From positions 1-57,400 of the IMG/VR virus record IMGVR_UViG_3300018432_000015: a stretch of 57,400 nt of DNA. One strand, 5' to 3'. Below are positions 17,683 through 27,240 of this stretch, one piece after another. A model generated the notes under the pieces. That model was not told the DNA's origin and made no database searches. It was given only the letters and a program-made list of their open reading frames with translations. Made by a program: the position numbers and the translations under genes. How positions within the stretch are numbered: position 1 is the stretch's first letter; each line of letters opens with the position of its first letter. This stretch comes from a virus. Taxonomy: Duplodnaviria; Caudoviricetes.

Positions 17683-18114
17683 ATGGAACCTGAAACGAAA
17701 ATCGTGTCCGGCTTCGAAGTGCTCGCGCCGCGCGGCGAAGTCAAGCATCGTCGTGGTGACTTCGTGCTGGCCGATCGCACTCTTGGCGGGCCGCGCACGT
17801 CGCCCGAAACAGATGACTTGAAAAACACGATCGAAGAAGCGGAAGATCGCACGCGACGCGCGGAGATGAGAGAGGCAAATCGCTTGATGAGAGCCAAGCG
17901 AAAGCGCGAAAAGAAGAGGGCCGAATACAACCGCGCGCGTGACGAAGAGTTGCTTCCGCACATCCCGGCAGACATGGTGTGCTTGCTGTGCAAGCGTCAC
18001 AAGCCCAGGCGTCAGCAGTGGCTGCTCATCGCGCTACGAGAGTTTCCCGACATGCCGTTCGCGTGTTGCTCGGGATGCGCGCGCAGGTTGCAGACAGTTG
18101 GAGCAGTGAAGTAG
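17683..18114 (+). CDS. Hypothetical protein with C-terminal Zn finger
   Basis: CLLC…CSGC. Confidence 0.6.
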   Translation: MEPETKIVSGFEVLAPRGEVKHRRGDFVLADRTLGGPRTSPETDDLKNTIEEAEDRTRRAEMREANRLMRAKRKREKKRAEYNRARDEELLPHIPADMVCLLCKRHKPRRQQWLLIALREFPDMPFACCSGCARRLQTVGAVK

Positions 18115-18117
18115 CTG

Positions 18118-18146
18118 TTGACTCATTGTCGCGGTTGTAGTATAGA
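18118..18146 (+). promoter_or_regulatory. Possible sigma70 promoter
   Basis: TTGACT-N17-TATAGA. Confidence 0.45.
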
Positions 18147-18155
18147 GGACAAATC

Positions 18156-18716
18156 ATGAGAACACTCTTGGTGGCCGAACGATTCAACATCGGCGCGCGA
18201 TGGTCGCACGCCGACAAGCTCATCGCTGGCGGGCGATACGAGCGGTGGCTCCAGTTCTCGATGGACGTGGGTGCGTACGGGACGGGCATGACGGAGCGCA
18301 ATCGTCGCAACGACATCGGGAAGAACAAGCTTCGCAGCATCGGGTGTCGCTATGATCGCGCGCTGAACATGCTCCCGCCCGGGCCGGTCAGCGCGTGGGA
18401 ACTGCAGGCCGCTCGGCTCGTGGCCGACGAGCTGCGTCGTCTGATCGTGACGGCTCACGAGGAGACACATCTCGACATGGAGCCGCGCTTCGCCGAGTGG
18501 CTCTTCGATCGTGTGATACTCGTCGGCAAGCGCGTCGCCGCCGCGATGGAAGCAGACGTCGGGTTCTTCGAGCCCATCGGAGGATGCATCGTCGTTCCGC
18601 ATCCATCTGGCCGAAACTTGTGGTGGAACAACGCGCAAGCGATCGCGCATGGTCGCGCTAAGATGGAGGGATTCCTATGTGGCTATTCACTAAGCACGGA
18701 TTCTACAGCGTCGTGA
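18156..18716 (+). CDS. Uracil-DNA glycosylase superfamily-like protein
   Basis: VILVGKRVA…VVPHPSGRNLWWN. Confidence 0.65.
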   Translation: MRTLLVAERFNIGARWSHADKLIAGGRYERWLQFSMDVGAYGTGMTERNRRNDIGKNKLRSIGCRYDRALNMLPPGPVSAWELQAARLVADELRRLIVTAHEETHLDMEPRFAEWLFDRVILVGKRVAAAMEADVGFFEPIGGCIVVPHPSGRNLWWNNAQAIAHGRAKMEGFLCGYSLSTDSTAS

Positions 18717-19009
18717 AGCATGAGTCGAAGGAGCTCTTCATGGTGCGCGCGCGATGTCGTGGCCACCTCGAGAAGCTCATCGATGTGTGCTCGTTGAGCG
18801 AAAACGTTGTCGAGACGCCCGACAATGATTATCGGTTTCGCATTACGGTCGGCGCCGCCGCTCTGTCGCTCATCGTGGAGGACCTCGCGATGGAGATCGA
18901 CTACCCGAACTTCAAGGACGCTTGCAAGAAGGACGTCGCGTACCACTCAGCGCTGCACACAGTGTGGAACGCCATGTGGGTGTATGAGAAGAAAATCAAT
19001 GGTTCTTAG
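18677..19009 (+). CDS. Conserved phage hypothetical protein
   Basis: MWLFTKHGFYSVV…DYRFR…IDYPNFK; GGAGG SD. Confidence 0.75.
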   Translation: MWLFTKHGFYSVVKHESKELFMVRARCRGHLEKLIDVCSLSENVVETPDNDYRFRITVGAAALSLIVEDLAMEIDYPNFKDACKKDVAYHSALHTVWNAMWVYEKKINGS

Positions 19010-19199
19010 AACAAACGACTCGCCCGACGCGAACGGGCGCGTGCCTCAGCCGGACGACGTGCGTTGGAGCATCACGCTTCCGCTCGAGAACGGCGAATCG
19101 TTGACGGTGTTCATGGGCAAGCAGGGCAGAGACATCCTGTTCGGAATGTTGGTGGCCGAAGACACAGATGACGAAAGAGAAGCGCGTGATGCTCATTAA
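18999..19199 (+). CDS. Hypothetical protein
   Basis: Operonic overlap. Confidence 0.5.
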   Translation: MVLRTNDSPDANGRVPQPDDVRWSITLPLENGESLTVFMGKQGRDILFGMLVAEDTDDEREARDAH

Positions 19200-19401
19200 A
19201 GTCTACTACGCGTCGGGCGATCCCGTCCGGCACTTGATCGCGCAAGCGCTCTGTCATCGATTTCACGATGACAAGCAGAAGATGGCCGAAGTCATTGTGT
19301 GGCTGCGCGAGCGCGATCCCGACGGCAACTGGGACGCGGGTTGTGCAGAGAAGAATCTTCCTCGTAGAATACTGGAGAACATCAGTGAACGAATTGAATG
19401 A
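19168..19401 (+). CDS. Hypothetical protein
   Basis: Operonic overlap; start uncertain. Confidence 0.5.
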   Translation: MTKEKRVMLIKVYYASGDPVRHLIAQALCHRFHDDKQKMAEVIVWLRERDPDGNWDAGCAEKNLPRRILENISERIE

Positions 19402-19717
19402 TACTAACAGCACGAACAGCATCTTCGAGAAGGTCGAGGGTGAGCCCGCGTGGACGCTGAGCGAAGAGCTTCAGTGGCACTTGACGAATGCTGTTCGCAA
19501 CCCGATCAAGCTTGCGCGCGAGCGCTTCGGTGACAAGATCGGCAGCGACGTCGAGGCCGAGCAGAAGCGGCAAGGGCCTGCCGAGTTCGTTCGCGTCATG
19601 AAGTTCTTCAACGCACACTACCTGGGTGACGACCTTCCGGCGTGCATGAAGACAGAGTTCGTCGAGAAAGAGGCCGAGGCCACGCGATTCGTGGCCGCAT
19701 TGTTGGGAGACGGATGA
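19385..19717 (+). CDS. Hypothetical protein
   Basis: GTG start just after ATACTGGAGA. Confidence 0.6.
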   Translation: MNELNDTNSTNSIFEKVEGEPAWTLSEELQWHLTNAVRNPIKLARERFGDKIGSDVEAEQKRQGPAEFVRVMKFFNAHYLGDDLPACMKTEFVEKEAEATRFVAALLGDG

Positions 19718-20301
19718 TGGGAGACATGCCTAAGTACAGACAGATGCTTCACGAGATCAAAGAAGCGCTCGAGCAGCGAGACGCGCTTGAACAAGAGCTT
19801 GGCTCGATCAGAGCAACGCTTGTCGTCAACTTCGGCAAGGATGGTCGCAAGCTATGCGGCGTCGAAGTCGAGCATGAGCGCTTGAGCACGCACGGGTTCA
19901 TGGTCGAAGTGCTCGAGCTGCTGAGCGCCGCGCCGATGCATACCGCATTGAAGAAGCTGGCCGAACGATGGCGCTACAACGCCAAGTGTCGCGATCCCGG
20001 CTTGTCAGAATATGATTCGACGATCGCGGCGCTTAATGCGTGTTCCAGGGAACTCGAGATGACGCTGGCCGAGCCACACATGCAGCACGTCGTCTGCAAC
20101 ACGCCGACGGTGACGCTTGATACCACGGGCGCGCAGGACGTCACGGTGCGCAATAGCTGGAACACACATCGCACGTTCGAGCACGAACTTCTGTTCGGCC
20201 ACTCTGCGGGCAAGCCCTTTTCATGCTTCGACGAGTGTGTACCCGAAGAAGTGAAGATCGAAGTTGGGAGTCGAATCAAGGGCGGCTATTACAAGCAATG
20301 A
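19714..20301 (+). CDS. Hypothetical protein
   Basis: ATGA overlap. Confidence 0.6.
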   Translation: MMGDMPKYRQMLHEIKEALEQRDALEQELGSIRATLVVNFGKDGRKLCGVEVEHERLSTHGFMVEVLELLSAAPMHTALKKLAERWRYNAKCRDPGLSEYDSTIAALNACSRELEMTLAEPHMQHVVCNTPTVTLDTTGAQDVTVRNSWNTHRTFEHELLFGHSAGKPFSCFDECVPEEVKIEVGSRIKGGYYKQ

Positions 20302-20498
20302 TCACGCCCAACAAAGACGACTACTATGTTCATTTTGACTGCGGGTGTGTCGCCGTGATGCACGCGCCCGCGTACAGATCGCGCTCGCTTCACTGCCCCG
20401 GCGGTCATTGGCACGAGACAGCCGAGGTGCGCGAGATGTGGGCGATTGCTCGCGAGGCGATGAACAAAGACTTCGCGCGAAGGAGCGCTCTCAATTGA
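20298..20498 (+). CDS. Small Cys/His-containing hypothetical protein
   Basis: ATGA overlap; CGC…CPGGH. Confidence 0.5.
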   Translation: MITPNKDDYYVHFDCGCVAVMHAPAYRSRSLHCPGGHWHETAEVREMWAIAREAMNKDFARRSALN

Positions 20499-20646
20499 AG
20501 AAGGCTCCCGTCAAGTGGACCGACGACGGCGGCATCTGGCATGACCAGCCGCACTACTGGACGCCATCGCATCGTTACTGGTGACGGCGCGACAAGCGCT
20601 TGGTGCTCACCGGACGTCATCGACGATTCAGGAGGAAGCGACACCG

Positions 20647-21207
20647 ATGACCGATCCCGACCCAGAGCTGCTCGAGCTCGCCTGGGAGTTCCTCGCGCAA
20701 GAGTGGGAGGTGCTCCAGAAGATGTGTGCCATCGCCGCGCGCAAGGACCGCCTGCGTCGCGACACGTGGGAAGAGGCGATGAGCGAGGTGGCTCTGCGCT
20801 TGCCTGAAGTGATGTGGAGCTATGATCCCACGCGTGGCCGATCGCTGCGCTCGCACGTGATCGGCAACATCAGGTGGTACCTCTACAAGATGTTCGTCTC
20901 TGAAAGAGACGGCCGAAACGTCGACCGAGCGAAGCGCGGGTTCGAGGTCATCGCCCAGGAGCGAGTCTTAGTAGTGCTCGACGACAAGTCGGAACTTTTT
21001 GACTGGGACGAAGTACAATATGTCTTGGATAAGCTTCATCCCTTTCATGCCAGCGTCCTCAAGCTGTACTACATGTCGGGTCTCACCTACGAAGAGATCG
21101 GCGGCGTGCTCGAGTGCAGCAAGAGCGCCGCTCGCAAGAGAGTGATCGAAGCGCTGACTATCGCGCAGGAACATGCTCGTGGCCTCGACGCAAGAACGGC
21201 TGACTAA
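20647..21207 (+). CDS. ECF-like sigma70 family factor
   Basis: Region 2-like YDPTRGRSLRSHV; region 4 LYYMSGLTYEEIGGVLECSKSAARKR; AGGAGG SD. Confidence 0.85.
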   Translation: MTDPDPELLELAWEFLAQEWEVLQKMCAIAARKDRLRRDTWEEAMSEVALRLPEVMWSYDPTRGRSLRSHVIGNIRWYLYKMFVSERDGRNVDRAKRGFEVIAQERVLVVLDDKSELFDWDEVQYVLDKLHPFHASVLKLYYMSGLTYEEIGGVLECSKSAARKRVIEALTIAQEHARGLDARTAD

Positions 21208-21385
21208 GCTTCGCGCGCGCTACCGCGCATTGCTCGAGCAGCTCGATGCCGCCGAGACTCCGCAGAAACGCAACGAGCTGACGGCGCGAAAGAATCAAGC
21301 ATTGCGAGACATTCAAACCGTCGCCGCGTTCGTGCGGCAAGAAGAACTTGACCAAAGGATAGCCAATGAGCGCGCAGCACCATGA
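21173..21385 (+). CDS. Hypothetical protein
   Basis: Operonic overlap; CAGGA SD. Confidence 0.55.
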   Translation: MLVASTQERLTKLRARYRALLEQLDAAETPQKRNELTARKNQALRDIQTVAAFVRQEELDQRIANERAAP

Positions 21386-21773
21386 AGCCCACGTTCGTCG
21401 TCCGAGCGAGGACATCGATCCGGAGACGATGCAGATGCTCAACGAGCTGATGGCTCGCATCAACGAGTACGACGGGCAGATTCGTCAGCTCCCGGACTCG
21501 ACTGACCCGGAGTCGGCAATCCGCCAGCTTGCCGCCGAGCGCAACGAAGTGCAGCGCGAGTACGATGAGCTTGCCGCCGACGTTCGCCGCGGCCGCACCG
21601 TTCGTGACCTCGATGGACTCCGCGCGCAGGAAGACGAGCTGACCGCCGAGCGCGATCAACTCGTGCTCGCGCAGAATGCGCCGTTCACCGGCAGCGCTCC
21701 CGAGGCGAGCGGTGGCGAGTCGGCCGTTCCTGAAGGTGTCATCGACAGCAACGGACCGCACGCGCGAGTATGA
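21366..21773 (+). CDS. Acidic coiled-coil protein
   Basis: AAGGA SD; internal repeat LAAERNE/LTAERDQ. Confidence 0.65.
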   Translation: MSAQHHEAHVRRPSEDIDPETMQMLNELMARINEYDGQIRQLPDSTDPESAIRQLAAERNEVQREYDELAADVRRGRTVRDLDGLRAQEDELTAERDQLVLAQNAPFTGSAPEASGGESAVPEGVIDSNGPHARV

Positions 21774-21964
21774 TCACCGTCGAGTGCCTCATGTGCGGGC
21801 AGGAAACGGACTACTCGGGCACGCTCAATGACATGCTCGACGTCGTCTGCCCGCACTGCAACGTAAGAACTAGAATAGTGGCGACGCCTCTCAACGTGGA
21901 GCCGCCGGAAGACAACAGAAGCTCCTTCCATGGCTCGACAGCTCACGTCAGGTCGCTTTCTTAG
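21770..21964 (+). CDS. Zn-ribbon protein
   Basis: CLMC…CPHC. Confidence 0.6.
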   Translation: MITVECLMCGQETDYSGTLNDMLDVVCPHCNVRTRIVATPLNVEPPEDNRSSFHGSTAHVRSLS

Positions 21965-22472
21965 CCAAGCGCTCTGCGACCGAATGAAAGAGCTGGCCGG
22001 ACGCACGCCCGCTCAGCTGCTCGATCTAAGCGACGAACTTCGCCTCGCCAAGTGCACCATGGACGACGTGTCCATGATGTACGACATGACGAAGAAGGCG
22101 TACGAGCTCGCCGATGAGGGAAGCGAGCAGCAGGCGGCGGCGCTCAACGCGACGATACAAGTTGGCGCGATGGTGCGAGAAGTGGCCGAAGAGATCGGGT
22201 GCGTCGCGGGACGCGCTGCAGGCGCGATGGCAGCGGCTCGGCACTTCATCGGCGTACAGAACGTCGGGTTGCTCGTCGCGCAGATGATCACCATCGTCAA
22301 CGACGAGGTGAAGAGTCCCGAAGCTCAGCGGCGCATTGCTCAGCGCTTGAGCGAAGTGCACATCCCGGACAACGGCAATCGCGGCACCACGATCACGCCC
22401 GACATGGAAGCCGCGCAGATGGACGACAGCATTCCGCGCATTGCGTACATTCAAGAAGAGGATGTAGCATGA
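21930..22472 (+). CDS. Hypothetical protein, possible terminase small subunit
   Basis: Helical 180 aa with LLDLSDELRL; no other TerS candidate seen. Confidence 0.4.
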   Translation: MARQLTSGRFLSQALCDRMKELAGRTPAQLLDLSDELRLAKCTMDDVSMMYDMTKKAYELADEGSEQQAAALNATIQVGAMVREVAEEIGCVAGRAAGAMAAARHFIGVQNVGLLVAQMITIVNDEVKSPEAQRRIAQRLSEVHIPDNGNRGTTITPDMEAAQMDDSIPRIAYIQEEDVA

Positions 22473-22550
22473 CCCCCCCCAAACCAAAACACTCCTGCTC
22501 ACCCTGCTCGTGCTCGTTGGCTCAGCCTCCGCGCAGCGACAGCTTAGGTA
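22469..22550 (+). pseudogene. Frameshifted signal-peptide remnant
   Basis: C8 tract 22473-22480; with C6 or C9 the frame reads MT(P)PQTKTLLLTLLVLVGSASAQRQLR*. Confidence 0.45.
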
Positions 22551-22621
22551 GCGGCTGACGGCAAAACATAACCGAACCAATCATCACCGGATTTTGACCA
22601 AACCCACGCGGGTTCCCAGAA

Positions 22622-25600
22622 ATGACCAGAACAAAAACATCATTCACGACGCTGTTCGCGACAGCCATCCTGTCGCTGCTGTGCGGCCACGCTCACGCCC
22701 AGCTGGCAAGCAACCTGGTTTCATATTGGTCGCTCGATGAAGCCAGCGGCAACGCGATTGACGCGCATGGGGCGAATGACCTGACCGACACCAACACTGT
22801 CGGTTCTGCCGCTGGAAAGGTCGGCAACTGTCGCGACTTTGAGAAAGATGCGAATGAATATTTTTCAATCGCCGACAACGCTGGCCTGCGCACAGGCGAC
22901 ATTGACTTCTCTTTTGCCGCATGGGTGAAAATGGAGTCCAAAAACTCCTTCCCCCAAATTCTTAGCAAATGGGGCGGGAGTGGCGATGCCGAATACGCGC
23001 TTGGCTACGAATCTGGGAGCGACCGACTTTCTTTTTCGGTGTCCTCTACCGGAAGCAATACGGTGACGGCTGTTGCTAACACCCTCGGCTCTCCATCCAC
23101 CGGAACATGGTACTTCGTGGCTGGCGGCCACAATGCGACCACGAACGAAATCTGGATTTCCGTAAACGCTGGAACACCGAACACGACTTCACACTCAGCA
23201 GGTGTTGCTGTTGGCGCTGCTCCATTCCTTATTGGCGAACTGGGCGGCTTCGTTGGCCTGGCAGGCGGTGAGTGGGACGGTCTTATTGACGAGTTGGGGT
23301 TTTGGAAGCGAGACATCCGCAGCGACTTGTCGGAGTTGTACAACGCCGGGTCTGGACGGGACTACGACTACATCATCAATGGGCCTTCATTCGCAGCCGG
23401 CACGCTATCTCTAGTATCTAAAGCAAACACCAGCATTACGGGCTCTTGGACCGCCGCTACCGATGGCGTCGGAACTGTCACCAATCAGTTGCAAATCGAC
23501 GATGGTGGAGGATGGGACGACGTAACTGGCGCGACTAGCAGTCCCGGCACGGCGACGGGGCTGACCGACGCCACCGAATATGATCTTCGCGTTGCCTACA
23601 TCGACGACAATGAAACGGTTTACAGCAACACGGTCACGGTCACGACCGAGGCCGACCCGACGCTCGTTGCTACTCAGATTACGCTTGTCGCCCAAGGCAC
23701 AACCACAGCCACGCTCTGCGCTCATCCGGTCGGCGGCATCAAAAGCGATTCGGCAACCTATCAGTGGTATCGGTCAACCACTCAAGGCTTCACGCCGGGC
23801 GGCGGCAATATCATCAGCGGGGCGACTTCGCGCACGATCTCTGAGACAGGACTAACTAGCAACACGCTGTATTACTACGTGCTGCGGGCGACCAAATGGG
23901 GTGTCACAGTTGACTACCCAGAGTTCGACGTTCTCACTCGTGGGGCCGCGGTTGGCCTGCCAGTTGTGGACGACACCTCTGGCACAAACGGCGTGAACAA
24001 CACGCTGGCCGGAACCGTCACCTGGAATCATACGTGCAGCGGGACGAATCGCGGGCTGTTCGTGTCGCTACATCAAGTCGTCGATCCGGGGGTTCCGGTC
24101 ACTGCTACTTATGGCGGCGTTTCGCTGGTCCCGTTCGCTTGGCGGGCTTACGGTGGCGGCGTTTTCAACATCTTGTTCAAGCTTGTGAATCCGCCGCTGG
24201 GTGAACATGCGATCGTCGTCAACTGGGGCCACGTCGAGGGCGGTTATCAGCCGGTGTTCTCGGCGATCTCCGTAAAGGATTGGGACACGATTGCGCAGCA
24301 CGGTCAGATAACGATCTCGCCTTCCAGCACTGGCGATCCCGTCTCGCTAACGCTGAGTGATTATGAGGCTGGCGACCTTGCTTTAGGCATCGCCACTGCT
24401 GGTGCAAATCTCTTGGAAGGCGCTGGCATGGCGCTGGCAATTGAGCAGGCCAGTGAAAGTTCCGGTGCCTATACGTCTATCGTCACCGCCACGCAAGCGG
24501 GACTCTCTTGGACCGGCACTGGCGGCGGCGGTTGGGTGGTCGTCGGCATGTCGCTGAGTCCGGTTGGATCGGGCGGCACGCGACCCGTGCCGGCCATTGA
24601 GCGCTTCGAGGAGCGGATGGTTGGTGGTGCTGACGGTCAAGCCGCGGGGGCTATCACAGCCTACGACAACTGGCAACTCAACGAAGACCCGAATGAGGAT
24701 GAAGTGACGGATGTGTGGGGTGAAAACGGGGATTACACCTTCTACTACGCCGGGACGAAGGTGCTTTACGACATCGGGGATTACCTCGGAGTCACGACCT
24801 ACGACGAAGGGGCAACCAAACAGTTGTACGTTCGAGATCGGGCATACGAGCAGCCGACTGGGTACTTCATAGGTGGCAAGACTTGGGAAATTTTCACCGA
24901 CTCAGCAACCGTTGACCATGCGAACACGAGCGATGCGAATGATTTGGTGATTGTTGAGGGACTGCGGGACACGCCGCCATACGCAGCAGACGGTCAGACC
25001 GCGCTGGAAAGCACAGCACTCAGCCGCGAGAACGCCTATCACCTGATGTCGCACCTGAATGGTGACATCCTGGGGATCGCGGCTCGCACTACGAAAAAGA
25101 ACGAGCTAATCGCCAACGCCAAGAGCCACATGGTTCAGTGGTTCACGACCCGAACATGGGTTGGGGTGGACGAGCAATTCTCGCCCTTTATGGTTGGGCT
25201 GACCGCTGAGGCGCTGATTCGCCACCATGCAGTGACCAACGATCCTGAAGTTCTGCCACTCATCAAGGCCGCCTGCGACTATCTCTGGGACGACGCTTGG
25301 GACCCCGAAACTCTGGGGATGCTCTACCAGCTCAACGACGACGCGAGCCCCGAACAAGGCGGGCCGCGATACACGAGCGGTAGCCCTGTGCTCAACAACC
25401 TCATCGCCAAAATGTATGCCTGGGTCGCCGTCCAAACCGGCGACCAAGCCCAGATGGATCGTGCCGAGTGGCTGTTTGCCGGTTCTGCGATCAACGGAGC
25501 TTACCTATACGGCAAGCAGTTCAATCAGGCGCATTGGCTCACGCTGGGTTCGACTGGCACGCTGGCCATGCGGGAAGAGTTTTATGAACCGGAGGCAGGG

Positions 25601-25720
25601 CCGCTTCCAAGCACGAACACCGGCGACCGCATGCGCAAACTACTGCGGCCATTCTGCCCGCCTGTCTTCCCGCGTCGTCGCCGTCGCAAGACTGAAACAG
25701 ACACCGCAACTGCTGCTTAA
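22622..25720 (+). CDS. Large secreted/virion protein: signal peptide, LamG/ConA domain, Fn3-like domains, C-terminal helical (glycosidase-like) domain
   Basis: AHA-Q signal cleavage; LVSYWSLDE…WYFVAG…GLIDELGFW LamG pattern; TGLTDATEYDLRV and TGLTSNTLYYYV Fn3 patterns. Confidence 0.8.
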   Translation: MTRTKTSFTTLFATAILSLLCGHAHAQLASNLVSYWSLDEASGNAIDAHGANDLTDTNTVGSAAGKVGNCRDFEKDANEYFSIADNAGLRTGDIDFSFAAWVKMESKNSFPQILSKWGGSGDAEYALGYESGSDRLSFSVSSTGSNTVTAVANTLGSPSTGTWYFVAGGHNATTNEIWISVNAGTPNTTSHSAGVAVGAAPFLIGELGGFVGLAGGEWDGLIDELGFWKRDIRSDLSELYNAGSGRDYDYIINGPSFAAGTLSLVSKANTSITGSWTAATDGVGTVTNQLQIDDGGGWDDVTGATSSPGTATGLTDATEYDLRVAYIDDNETVYSNTVTVTTEADPTLVATQITLVAQGTTTATLCAHPVGGIKSDSATYQWYRSTTQGFTPGGGNIISGATSRTISETGLTSNTLYYYVLRATKWGVTVDYPEFDVLTRGAAVGLPVVDDTSGTNGVNNTLAGTVTWNHTCSGTNRGLFVSLHQVVDPGVPVTATYGGVSLVPFAWRAYGGGVFNILFKLVNPPLGEHAIVVNWGHVEGGYQPVFSAISVKDWDTIAQHGQITISPSSTGDPVSLTLSDYEAGDLALGIATAGANLLEGAGMALAIEQASESSGAYTSIVTATQAGLSWTGTGGGGWVVVGMSLSPVGSGGTRPVPAIERFEERMVGGADGQAAGAITAYDNWQLNEDPNEDEVTDVWGENGDYTFYYAGTKVLYDIGDYLGVTTYDEGATKQLYVRDRAYEQPTGYFIGGKTWEIFTDSATVDHANTSDANDLVIVEGLRDTPPYAADGQTALESTALSRENAYHLMSHLNGDILGIAARTTKKNELIANAKSHMVQWFTTRTWVGVDEQFSPFMVGLTAEALIRHHAVTNDPEVLPLIKAACDYLWDDAWDPETLGMLYQLNDDASPEQGGPRYTSGSPVLNNLIAKMYAWVAVQTGDQAQMDRAEWLFAGSAINGAYLYGKQFNQAHWLTLGSTGTLAMREEFYEPEAGPLPSTNTGDRMRKLLRPFCPPVFPRRRRRKTETDTATAA

Positions 25721-25736
25721 ACGAAAGGGTTGAACG

Positions 25737-26168
25737 ATGAACCGAATGCACGGGTGGATCGCGGCTGGGATGCTAGCGCTGGCGCTGCTGGCCGCGTACG
25801 CCAGCGCAGTCACGCGCCAGCCTATCGCGCAGTCGGCTGCCGCGCAGGTTGCCATCCAGCGGATGAGCGCGAGCACCAGTCTCGCGATTCATACCGACTT
25901 GGCGTCGTGCGATGCGCTGGACAATCGAAACCTCGCCGCGTGCCGCATCAAGATTCCGGCCAGCGTCACCGCGATCGCGTTCTATGAGTGCGACACCGCC
26001 GACGGGACGTATACTGCTTCGCGCGCGTCGGACGGGACTGCGGCTGCAATCGCCACGACGGTGGCCGGCGACTGGTACGACTTCCCGGCGTCGACGTTCG
26101 GCGCGGCGTACATCAAAGTCGTGTCAACTGGCTCAACAGGCACGGCGATCATCGTCGTGAAGACTTAG
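25737..26168 (+). CDS. Signal-peptide-bearing beta-rich protein
   Basis: Hydrophobic N-terminus ending ASA. Confidence 0.7.
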   Translation: MNRMHGWIAAGMLALALLAAYASAVTRQPIAQSAAAQVAIQRMSASTSLAIHTDLASCDALDNRNLAACRIKIPASVTAIAFYECDTADGTYTASRASDGTAAAIATTVAGDWYDFPASTFGAAYIKVVSTGSTGTAIIVVKT

Positions 26169-26174
26169 ACACAA

Positions 26175-26345
26175 ATGCCTGACGACGCAGACGATCTCGG
26201 TCTCGCTCTCGAAGAAGAGTCTTCGACGAGCGTCTTCGTGTCGGTAGAAGACGGGCTCGCAGTGGCACTCGACGAGTCCGCTCTAGGCTGGCCGACCACT
26301 CATGACGTGCACGTCGTCTTGTTCGACGTCGAGATCGTTCGCTAG
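26175..26345 (+). CDS. 56-aa acidic peptide with two copies of the D-x-L-x-V/L-A-L-x-E repeat
   Basis: Not in track; DDLGLALEE and DGLAVALDE resemble the repeats of 27241..29256. Confidence 0.5.
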   Translation: MPDDADDLGLALEEESSTSVFVSVEDGLAVALDESALGWPTTHDVHVVLFDVEIVR

Positions 26346-26350
26346 GTCGA

Positions 26351-26369
26351 GGAGTACAATACTGTCATG
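26351..26369 (+). promoter_or_regulatory. GGAGTACAATACTG-NC-ATG element (candidate late/leaderless promoter)
   Basis: Same 14-mer at 40691; TACAAT 6 nt before ATG. Confidence 0.55.
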
Positions 26370-26555
26370 TTGCAAGCCGAACTCCCGAAACTCGAAGTCG
26401 GCGTCCAGTCATTTCGCTGCGTGAAGACGAACGACGGCGAGGCACATCCGTTCGAGATCGTCGAAGGCGGCGATGGCTTGCCGGTGACGATCACGCAGTT
26501 CGATGAGAAGACCGGCGTCGCGCTCGGCCAAGTGGTAACTTACCCGGACCCGTAG
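26367..26555 (+). CDS. Hypothetical protein
   Basis: Follows the TACAAT element. Confidence 0.6.
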   Translation: MLQAELPKLEVGVQSFRCVKTNDGEAHPFEIVEGGDGLPVTITQFDEKTGVALGQVVTYPDP

Positions 26556-26556
26556 C

Positions 26557-26844
26557 ATGAAGATCAAGACTCTCGTACGTGGTTCGGACGGCTCTCGCGA
26601 ATACGAAGCGGGCGAAGTTCTCGAAGGAGACTCGCAGCACGCGCGTGTTCTTCTGTTCAACAACCTGGCCGAACCTCTCGACGAGCAAGCGCAGCGCATC
26701 TTCGACGAGATGAACGAAATGACGGAAGAAGAGTGGGAAGCCAGCCCGCTCAAGTCACATGCGCACTGGGATCGCGGCGACGAAGAGCGCGCCGCGGCTG
26801 CTGCGCCCGAGCCCGATCCGGTGCCACCCTCTCGAAGGAAGTAA
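26557..26844 (+). CDS. Hypothetical protein
   Basis: Operonic spacing. Confidence 0.6.
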   Translation: MKIKTLVRGSDGSREYEAGEVLEGDSQHARVLLFNNLAEPLDEQAQRIFDEMNEMTEEEWEASPLKSHAHWDRGDEERAAAAAPEPDPVPPSRRK

Positions 26845-26846
26845 CG

Positions 26847-27227
26847 ATGCCCTTGACGAATGCAGGCCGCGATCACATCGCGGCGGTGGTGCACGGATTC
26901 TCGGGCACCGCGTTCAACAACGCGAACGCCTATCTCGGTGTCGGCGACAGCTCGACGGCGTTCGCGGCCGCGCAGACCGACCTCCAGGCGGCGTCGAACA
27001 AGCTTCGCAAGGCGATGGACGCCACGTACCCGCAACAGGCAGCGAACGTCATCACGCTGCAAGCCACCTTTGCGTCGGGCGATGCCAACTGGGTATGGAA
27101 CGAGTTCGGCACGTTCAACGCGTCGAGTGCAGGCACGATGCTCCAGCGCAAGGTGAGCGCGCTCGGCACCAAAGCGTCGGGCCAGACGTGGCAGTTTCAA
27201 GTCGTGCTGACCTACAGCAACCCGTAA
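26847..27227 (+). CDS. Tail fibre/collar N-terminal-like structural protein
   Basis: LTNAGR…YLGVGD…ANWVWNEFG pattern; AAGGA SD. Confidence 0.7.
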   Translation: MPLTNAGRDHIAAVVHGFSGTAFNNANAYLGVGDSSTAFAAAQTDLQAASNKLRKAMDATYPQQAANVITLQATFASGDANWVWNEFGTFNASSAGTMLQRKVSALGTKASGQTWQFQVVLTYSNP

Positions 27228-27240
27228 GGGTAAGCATCTT

